Positions 54,649 through 64,000 of a stretch of DNA of 64,000 nucleotides are shown here, piece after piece. Position numbers and translations under genes: made by a program. Origin of the DNA: Octopus vulgaris. Taxonomy: Eukaryota. A model generated the notes under the pieces. The model saw only the letters and a program-made list of their open reading frames with translations. It searched no databases and had not been told where the DNA came from. Position 1 is the first letter of the stretch. Each line of letters opens with the position of its first letter. The stretch spans positions 122,760,001-122,824,000 of the forward strand of contig OX597817.1 in assembly GCA_951406725.2 (NCBI GenBank), written 5' to 3'.

Positions 54649-55002
54649 CCTTTCTACTCTAGGCACAAGGCCCGAAATTTTGGAGGAGGGAACTAGCTGG
54701 TACTTTATTTATCAACCCCGGAAGGATGGAACGCAAAGTCAACCTCGGCGGAATTTGAACTGAGTACATAATGACAGACGAAATACCTATTTCTTTACTA
54801 CCATCAAGGGGCTAAATACAGAGAGGACAAACAAAGACAGACAAACGGATTAAGTAGATTATATCAAACCCAGTGCATAACTGGTACTTATTTAATTGAC
54901 CCCGAATGGATGAAAGGCAAAGTCGACCTTGACAGAACGTAGTGACAGATGAAATACCAAGCATTTCACCCGGCATGCTAACGTTTCTGCCAGCTTGCTG
55001 TC
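54649..55002 (-). mobile_element. dimeric SINE family C within a single TSD
   Basis: 18-bp TSD ttgcttccactaaatatt (54631-54648 / 55003-55020) encloses two bodies with different tails. Confidence 0.75.
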
Positions 55003-55018
55003 TTGCTTCCACTAAATA

Positions 55019-55062
<44 letters not shown>

Positions 55063-55131
55063 TACATATATATATATTTATATATATATAGTTGTGATAT
55101 TGAACCAAACCATATGGTGATATTTTGAAAT

Positions 55132-55207
55132 AAATGATTACGTACGTTTCAGGTTTGCATAATATATTATAGAAAATACATCCATTACATAAACCTTCCT
55201 CAGTTAA
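55132..55207 (-). ncRNA. hammerhead motif with long stem-II loop, in a fold-back split by the Tc1
   Basis: minus strand reads CTGAGGA-aggttt..(34 nt)..aaacct-GAAA-cgtacg-TA; palindromic stem III ACGTACGT; stem I eroded. Confidence 0.55.
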
Positions 55208-55589
55208 AAGCATTTCAGAAATATTTAGGAAATGCTTGAACTAAGGAAGGTTTGTGTAATACACTGAACTGCAAAAGAAATGCAATTTTTTCAAATGTCA
55301 CTTTTATATGGTAAATTCTGAAAATTTCCTTTCGGGATGTAAGTGTAAATATTCCAAGGCATGCTGGTTTATTGCAGATAACCTTTCAAATTTCCCTCAA
55401 ACAAATTGCAGATAACCTTCTAAATTTCCCTGAAATAAGATGCCAAAACGCAGCTACATTGAATGCTATAGGTGGCAGTTGCAAATATTTGTCGAGAAAA
55501 TCGAAATGCATGTGCATCACATGGAGGTTATGGGTATAAGAATCAACTAGAACCTCACTCCTGGGGTTCGCAGTTTGGATACATCAGAT

Positions 55590-56627
55590 ATGACCCGATT
55601 GTTAGTAGCAGAGGGAGAACAAGATATTGGCTGATTGCAAGCAGGGCAGTATGCCTTGGTTGTTGTGAAAGCTTACAATGTCCAAGTCAACACCATCTAT
55701 CACCTGCAATAGTGATACAACACCTCCATCAGCACTGTATACTGTGCCCTCAAAGGGTGCCCTTTGGTGACCATGGCCAGGCAGGACTGCTTCATCCACC
55801 AACAACACCTCTACAATTGCTTCAGACTAGCCAGCATGACAGCTCACAAGACCATTGGCACTGGACAGCAACCCATCAGTGACGACACGGTATGACGTCA
55901 ACTGGCCACCAACAACTTGCATTGCTGTTAGCCTGCTCGAGGGCCTGTCCTCACTGCTCACTACCATAAGGCATGACTACAGTGGGCTACACAGCACTAA
56001 CATAGGTGGTATCAACAATGGAAGTTGATAGTCTTCTCTGACGAGAGCCTGTACTGCATTTCCACCTTGGATGGCAGAATGAGGATGTAGCTTAGGAGGG
56101 GTGAATGCTACAGAGACGCATGTGTCATGGAGAGAGACATGTGGGGTGGCCAAAATATCATGGTTTGGGGTGCCAAAAGCCTGAATCAGAGAATTGGGCC
56201 ACATTTGTTTCAAAATGTTGGTGCATGAACAGGGAATGGCATCACAGTGCAGTGCTACATTGACCAGATCCCAAGACCTCACATTGTACCCTTCTTCCCA
56301 TGTCCCCATAGCCACATGTTCCAGCAGGACAATGCTCTCTTCCACACAGCCAGGGTCATCGTGGACTTGCTGCATCAGCACAACATCAGAACCATGCAGT
56401 AGCTAGCTCTCAGCCTGGATTTGAACCCAATTAAACACCTGTGGGATGAAATCCAGAGATAGCTGAACCAGGTGATCCCAAGGTTGACAACCTGTGTGGA
56501 ACTGGAGGCAGCTTTCCTGAAGGTGTGGGCACAGGTGCTAATGGCTTTTATGAACCACTTCATGCACTCCATGTAGCGACAGTGTATGGCTGTTTTGAGC
56601 ACCCAGGTAGGACATACATGGTATTGA
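55590..56627 (+). pseudogene. Tc1 (DD34E-type) transposase, multiple stops and frameshifts
   Basis: MTRL..IG*LQAG; VFSDES; IMVWG; FQQDNA; ALSLDLNPIKHLWDEI; GHTWY*. Confidence 0.88.
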
Positions 56628-56632
56628 AGATA

Positions 56633-56865
56633 AAGGCGGCGAACTGACAGAAACGTTAGCACGCCGGGCGAAATGCGTAGCCATATTTCGTCTGCCGTTA
56701 CAGTCTGAGTTCAAATTCCACCGAGGTCGACTTTGCCTTTCATCCTTTTGGGGTCGATAAATTAAGTACCAGTTACGCACTGGGGTCGATATAATTGACT
56801 TAATCCGTTTGTCTATCCTTGTTTGTCCTCTCTGTGTTTAGCCCCTTGTGGGTAGTAAAGAAATA
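56633..56865 (+). mobile_element. SINE family C inserted at the Tc1 stop codon
   Basis: 12-bp TSD ggtattgaagat (56620-56631 / 56866-56877). Confidence 0.88.
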
Positions 56866-57303
56866 GGTATTGAAGATGTTACACACTACAATCTCGATGT
56901 ACTAGATCCACCCAGTACCAGAACACAAGACAATGACCCATAGACTGTTGTCAAATGCATCCAAGAAATTGCCTTTATCAGATTTATCAAAATTTTGTCT
57001 GTGACATAATGAAATTAAAACATATTTCACAGTCACACATATCGCATATTACTTTTGCAGTTCAGTGTAGATGCATTTCCTATTACATATTACTCAAACC
57101 TGAAATACATGTATCTAATTATTTCAAACTATCACAATTTATTTTGACTTCATTATTACAACTAACATGACTCGATGCAAGTAGAAACTAGTTGAAGTGG
57201 ACTCTACTTATGTAGATACTCAAACTATGTAACCATGATTTAGAGCAATTTCGTCTAGTTTCTTATACTTGACTTAAGTCATAACACTGTGTGCTTGTAT
57301 ATA

Positions 57304-57380
<77 letters not shown>

Positions 57381-57627
57381 GTATATATATATATCCTTTG
57401 TCATCATATTAATTTATTCACTTATTTTGGCTTGGCATTCCTGAATTGTCACCTGTCTGAAACACAGTCAAAATTTTACAAAGAAAAAATCAAAAGTTGA
57501 GGAGATACAAGGTTACAAAAAACATTAACATATCTATGATAAAAATATTTTTTTAACTAACTCAAATATCAAAGGAATGGATTAAAATAAATGGAAAGAG
57601 AAATGAATTAATTTATTTGCCAACCCA

Positions 57628-57715
<88 letters not shown>

Positions 57716-58363
57716 GGATAGATAGATAGATATAGATATAGATATTGATATATAGGGTTGTCAGATATTGACACACATACAAACTTTCAGATTCTGCATT
57801 GCTGAAAGCAAGTTCAACACTCAACAAATCTGTGGAATGTCTTAATGTCATGGCAGAGATCTTCACTAAGTACCATCACTTCAGTAATTATTTACTGAAA
57901 TACTGGAAAATTATACCAGCAACAGCAGCAGCAGCAGACTGAATAGATTAATTCATACATATTTGCTAGAAGCAATCATACACTCTATTTCATTCTTCAG
58001 TTTTAGCTGAGAATGAAATAATCCATATCTCAATAATTTCTCTCATTTATAACTTTTATAGCATGTAACAAAGCAATAATTATCCTTTTCCATCTCATTA
58101 CCCTATAGTAGTTTATTGAAAATACCTTAATATCATAATATTCATTAAGTATTTATTCTTTATCTGTTTCAACCAATCCAAAGGAACCAGGTTACAATGA
58201 GATGAGCTTTGACTCTTACCATATTTTTAACACCCTTAAGCAATTTTTGGAAACACTTAATGTCATTTAAAATAATAATTCACATAATTTATAAAATTCA
58301 AATGAAATGGTTATTTGAAAATTCTAATCATGATGTTTAATCACTAAATGACTACATCATTAT

Positions 58364-58390
58364 ATAATAATAATAATAATGATGATAATG

Positions 58391-58448
<58 letters not shown>

Positions 58449-58522
58449 TAATAATAATAATGATAATAATAATGATAATAATAATAATAATAATATAATA
58501 ATAACAACAGCAACAATAATAA
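58364..58522. repeat. (AAT/GAT)n microsatellite
   Basis: directly visible. Confidence 0.95.
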
Positions 58523-60545
58523 TATACCTTAATGGAGGAATAACACCAGATTGGATGACTAGAGGGAGAATGATACTCTTTATGAAAGATAAAAGCAAGG
58601 ATAATACAGCTAGCAATTATAGACCGATCACTTGCTTACCATTTGTGTGGAAACTGTTAACAGGAATGCTTTCAGAAAGCATTTACAAACACCCTCAGAA
58701 AGGTTGCAGGGAAAGGCTAGAGAAATGCACGATCTATTATGCATAAACAAAGCAGTTCAAAATCAAGTAAAAGCTAGAAAGAAAAATCTAACAGTAGCAT
58801 GGATAGATTATAGGAAAGCCTATGACATGATCCCACACTCATGGATAAGTGAATGTTTGAGTATATTCAGTATAGCAGACAACATAAGAAAATTAATTAA
58901 CTTTAGCGTGAAGAAATGTAAAGTAGATCTCTACTCAGGTGACACACTCTTTGGGAAGTTTAATATCAAGTGAGGAATTTTCTAAGGATACTTGTTACCT
59001 CCTTTAATATTTGTTACAATTTGCTCTATATGGATGATCTAAAGCTTTTTAGCAAGAATAAAAAAGAAATAAATTCCTTAATAAGACTGTAAGACTCTTC
59101 AGCAAAGATATAGGCATGGAATTTGGTATAGATAAGTGTGCAATATTAATCATGAAAAGGAGACAGGTAGTCAACAGTGAAGACATCCAATTACCAGATA
59201 GCCAGACGCTAAAATCACTGAAAGAAGGTGAGAGTTATAAGTATTTAGGAGTATTAGAATCTGACTGAGTACTAACTACAGAAATGAAAGTGAAAATTGA
59301 GAAGAAGTATATCAAAAAGCTGGGGAAGTAGGGCAGCGAGCTGGCAGAAACATTAGCACACTGGGTGAAATGCTGAGCAGTATTTTGTCCATCTTTACAT
59401 TCTGAGTTCAAATTCCGCTGAGGTCGACTTTGCCTTTCATCTTTTTGGGGTCGATAATTTAAGTACCAGTTATGCACTGAGGTCGATGTAATCGACTTAA
59501 TCCCTTTATCTGTCCTTGTTTGTCCCCTCTATGTTTAGCTCCTTGTTGGCAATAAAGAAATAAAAAAGGTGAAGAAGCTAATGAAGTCAAAGCTAAATGA
59601 TCTAAATCTAGTGAAGACTGTAAATGCTTGGGCAGTATCATTAGATTACTTAGATACACAGCAGCTTTTGTAGATTGGACAAAATCTGAATTAGCAAATC
59701 TAGACAGAAGAACTAGGAAGGAATTCAATATGAATGGAGGACTTCACTCAAGAGCAGGAGTAACAAGTTTATACTTACCTAGAAAGGAAAGTGGAAGACA
59801 GCTAATATCAATAGATGACTGTGTGGTGTTAACTAGAATAAATATAGACTCTTATGGAGGTAATAGTCAAGAAAATTTATTAAGAGCTTCTAGAGTCACA
59901 GCAAGACATGGAAAAAAAACAAAAAAAAAAAACAAACAAAGTTAACAACCAGAAAAGGAACAAAAGTTATCTGACTGGCAGGAGAAGGCTTAACATAATA
60001 GATTCCCAGAGATTGTTGCAGCAAATAGTAATAGTGAGACATGGTTATGGTTGCAGAAAGGAAAGCTTAAAAAGGAGACAGAAAGTTTATTAATGGCAGC
60101 ACAAAATCAAGCATTAAGGACTAATTGGGTAAAAGCAAATATAAACAAAAACCAAGTAGATTCCCATTTTAGATTATGCAAATCAAAAGAGGAAAGTGTT
60201 ATTCATACTAATGGCAGCACAAAATCAAGCATTAAGGACTAATTGGGTAAAAGCAAATATAAACAAAAACCAAGTAGATTCCCATTTTAGATTATGCAAA
60301 TCAAAAGAGGAAAGTGTTAATCATACTGTAAGTGAATGTAGCATACTTGCAAAGAAAGAACACAAAAAAGGATATGACAACCTAGGGAGAGTAATCCACC
60401 GAGAATTATGTAAAAAGGTAGAATTTGTCTATACTGATAGATGGTATGAACACGAACCTAGTAAAGTACTTCAAAGTAAAAAATATAAGATGTTGTAAAC
60501 TTTAACATTCAGACTGACAGAGTAATAGAAGCTAGAAGGCCTGGA
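58523..60545 (+). mobile_element. R4/Dong-like (RLE-type) non-LTR retrotransposon, truncated and decayed, interrupted by SINE C (59329-59561)
   Basis: NYRPITCL; AWIDYRKAYDMIPHSW; LYMDDLKLF; GMEFGIDKC; YKYLG; ETESLLMAAQNQALRT; RLC...ESVNHTVSEC; IQTDRVIEARRP. Confidence 0.85.
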
Positions 60546-60569
60546 CACAATGCCAGCAATTCTAGAGGA

Positions 60570-61488
60570 GGATGCAAGTCAGTTACATCAACCCAAGTGC
60601 TCAACTTGTTCGCATTTTATTGACCCTAGAGAAGATGAAAAGCAAAGTCAACCATAGTAGACTTTGAACTCGGTATGCAAAGACGGGCGAAATGATGCTA
60701 AGCATTTTGCTTGGTGCGGCAACGATTCAGCTAGTTCACCACCTTAATAAAAATAATAACAACCCTTTCTAGTATAAGCACAAGGCTGGAAATTTAGAAG
60801 TAGTGGGATCGTCAATTACATTGACCCCATTGCTGAACTGGTACTTATTTTATTGATCCTGAAATGTTAAAAGGCAAAATTGATCCCACTGGAATTTCAA
60901 TTCAAAACCTAATGACAGCTGAAATGCTGCTAAGTATTAAGTCAAGCATGCTAATGATTCTCATTTCTTTACTGCCCACAAGGGACTAAACACAGAGGGG
61001 ACAATCAAGGACAGACAAATGGATTAAATCGATTATATCAACTGCAGTGTGTAACTGTCACTTATTTAATCGCCCCCAAAAGGATGAAAGGCAAAGTCGG
61101 CCTCTGCGGAATTTGAACTCAGAATGTAGCGGCAGATGAAATACTGCAAAGCATTTCACCCAGCATGCTAATGTTTCTGCCAGCTTGCCACCTTATGCAT
61201 GCTAATGATTCTGTCAGGTTAAAACCTTAGCAGTAATAATAGTAATGGTAGTAATGATGATTAATAATAATCTTTTCTATTGTAGGCACAAGGCTTGAAA
61301 TTTGGGGGAAGGGATTAAGTCAATTACATTGACCCCAGTACTCAAATGGTCCTTATTTAATTGACCCCGAAAGTATGAAAGGCAAAGTTGACCTCAATGG
61401 AATTTGAACTCAGAACGTAGTGACAGACGAAATATCACTAAGCACTTTTCACCCTGGTGTTCTAATGATTCTGCCTTAATAATAATGA

Positions 61489-61528
<40 letters not shown>

Positions 61529-61672
61529 GATGATGATGATAATGATGAGGATGATGATAGTACTTTCTATGGGGCACAAAGCCTGAAATTTTGGTGTAGG
61601 AATAAGTCAATGTAATTGCCCCAGCGCTCAGCTGGTACTTATTTTATGGACCCCGAAAGGATGAAAGGCAAA
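60570..61672 (-). mobile_element. cluster of about five SINE family C copies, one nested with TSD
   Basis: repeated family-C motifs; TSD gcatgctaatgattct at 60946-60961 and 61197-61212. Confidence 0.75.
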
Positions 61673-61677
61673 TAATG

Positions 61678-61708
<31 letters not shown>

Positions 61709-61709
61709 T

Positions 61710-62155
61710 AAGATCAACAACAACAACTTGGCATTAACCCTGAATTAAATGAAGAACCTAAAACCACTGCCATGAAAAAAGGAAAATGGATTAAACATAC
61801 TACAAAAAAGAACAAGCAGAAACAAATTGAGGAACGGTGGAGCCAGAAGCCTCTACATGGACAGTATATACTTCGAAGCTGAAACACTGATGTAGACCAA
61901 GCAACAGCCCATCAGACTGAAGGTTTCATATTGGTGGCACAAGATCAAAGTTGTCCACATCCTTAGAAAAAACCCTATCAATTTAAATGTATGTGTTGTA
62001 CTAAATGAAAATATTCGCTACTGTCCTTCCCCTCCCCAAACTTTCAGTCCCACTGCAACAAATCTTATCCTTCATATGCCCTTGGACACTGGATGTGTCT
62101 TGGCGAGTGGTTGTAACAAACATGCAGGTTAAAAGTAAATAATAATAATACTAAT

Positions 62156-62202
<47 letters not shown>

Positions 62203-62350
62203 TAATAATGATAATAAGGGGCTGATTGCTACCTAGCTCAGATACCAGGAAATCCAAAAATGGCAGAAATTCATAAGATAGTGCTCATGGGAACTGCTCA
62301 AATCCTACGCAAAATACTTTCTATGTAATCTGAAGTTTTAAAACACATAA
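61710..62350 (+). mobile_element. two further R4/Dong-like fragments, each following an (AAT)n tract
   Basis: WSQKPLHGQY..TEGFILVAQDQS (61710-61955); YLAQIPGNPKMAEIHKIVLMGTAQILRKILSM* (62218-62328). Confidence 0.7.
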
Positions 62351-62360
62351 TTTTCTTATT

Positions 62361-62434
<74 letters not shown>

Positions 62435-62437
<3 letters not shown>

Positions 62438-62822
62438 CGTTGGGAGAGCCCCTGGGCATTGTGTCTGTTATTATTCTTTCTGCTATTGCAGATAGTGAAG
62501 GTGCATCTGCTGCTGGTGTTGTTAATATTGTTGGTGTTGGTGTTCTTCCATCAGTTGCTGATTATATTGTTCCTGTTGTTGATGTTGCCTTTGTTGCTGG
62601 GGTTAGTGCCACTTTGTTGTTGTTCACTGATGGTTTAGTTGTGGCTTTTGTGGATCTTGTGTTGGCAGTAATAGGAACCTATGATTCTCTATCTTCTGTT
62701 GAGGACAGAAAGCTCTAAAGTGGCCAGTCATCCCAAACAGATGACACCGAAGCCTTCTACTCACAACTGTAATATGCAGCTCTTCTTCTCTTGGAATGCG
62801 AATGAGGTCTGGGATCATATGT
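62435..62822 (-). pseudogene. non-LTR ORF1/gag-like fragment with degenerate zinc knuckle
   Basis: IPDLIRI..LHITVVSRRLRCHLFGMTGHFRAFCP (CxxCx4Hx4C with one Cys lost), then a low-complexity Q/T/P-rich stretch. Confidence 0.5.
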
Positions 62823-62824
62823 GG

Positions 62825-63017
62825 ATAATGTCTGAAGATGAAACACCTACAAAAATCAGCATTGCATGGAACTGCAAGAGTTCTTTGTAGGGTTCTTGAA
62901 GAATGACCAGAAAACAAGTGTCACTTTAGTCTGCTGGCTGTGGATAGCTGGCACTTTCCATGACACCCAGCAAAATAAGCTGAGTGTCTTAATCAAATAA
63001 TAATAATAATAATAATA
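62825..63017 (+). mobile_element. R4/Dong-like 3' end followed by (AAT)n
   Basis: HLQKSALHGTARVLCRVLEE*, ~90-bp UTR, then (AAT)n. Confidence 0.7.
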
Positions 63018-63220
63018 CTTTCTACTATAGATGCAAGGCTTGAAATTTGAGGGGTGAGGGCTAGTTGATTACATCAGCCCCAGCCCTTAAATGGTAGTTA
63101 TTTCATCGAGCTTGAAATAAGGAAAAGCAGAATTTTAACTTGGAACGTAGTGACACATGAAGTGCCGCTAAGCATTTTGCCCGGCGTGCTGACAATTTTG
63201 GCAGCTGCTGCCTTTAATTA

Positions 63221-63292
<72 letters not shown>

Positions 63293-63507
63293 CCTTTCTA
63301 TTATAGGCACAAGGCCTGAAATTGTGGGGGAGGAAGCTAATCGATTACATCAACCCCAGTGTTTCACTGGTACTTAATTTATCGGCCCTGAAAGGATGAA
63401 AGGCAAAGTCAACCCTGGTGGAATTTGAACTCAGAACATAGCGACAGCCGAAATACTGCTAAGCATTTCATCCAGCATGCTAACGATTCTACCAGCTTGC
63501 TGCCTTA
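63018..63507 (-). mobile_element. two SINE family C copies separated by (ACT)/(AAT)n
   Basis: family-C motifs. Confidence 0.75.
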
Positions 63508-64000
63508 ATGATAATTATAAGAATATTAATGCATGATGATGATGATGATGATAATGATAATTAGTGGTGGAAGTTCATAGGTTTCATCTGAGAAGATTAA
63601 AACAAAAAAAAAATGTTACATAAAATCTAAAGTGAATAAACTGAATATAAATATGTTACAATTGTAAATGTGTTTCTAATGCCAAAGCATTTTCTCAAAA
63701 GAGACATCGCTTCGGCATTGAAACACTACTATAAGATTACATACATACATATATACATACATACAAACATACATACATACATACATACATACAACCATAC
63801 ATATATACATACATACATACAACCATACATACATACATACATACACGCATAGAAACGGGCAGACAGACAAACAGACTGTATGTATAATTATATGGTTAAA
63901 CAAATTTGTCAGCTTCCTAATTAAATTTTTTTCTAAATTAATTAGAAATTCACCTTCATTATTTATAATTCTTTCAAAAGGACATGTGGTTTTTTTTATG

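Larger units (their letters stand above)
55262..57067 (+). mobile_element. full-length decayed Tc1 element
   Basis: TA-CACTGAACTGCAAAAG ... CTTTTGCAGTTCAGTG-TA; encloses a transposase pseudogene. Confidence 0.9.

Overview
AT-rich, repeat-saturated animal DNA with no confidently identifiable host gene. The SINE/LINE complement looks like an octopus (coleoid cephalopod) intron or intergenic region; this is inferred from recalled repeat families, not from a search. Most of the supplied ORFs are microsatellite artefacts. The real coding remnants all belong to mobile elements: a very young Penelope-like element (C-terminal GIY-YIG) with a near-perfect ~955-bp inverted repeat, an RTE LINE with a PHD finger inside its RT, other RTE fragments, R4/Dong-like LINE fragments at (AAT)n tracts, a full-length decayed Tc1, and mariner (DD34D) and DD41D fragments. 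The window also holds hAT- and piggyBac-type MITEs and three tRNA-derived SINE families. The main unexplained signal is about 13 minimal type-I hammerhead-ribozyme motifs from about 8 sequence families. They lie mostly in short non-coding fold-back or terminally redundant modules next to (TA)n tracts, and include core variants (U3:A8, C4, C9, G7). They look like a Penelope-mobilised, microsatellite-associated population of non-autonomous ribozyme elements. Folds and alignments were done by eye, and element boundaries are approximate unless a TSD or TIR is quoted.
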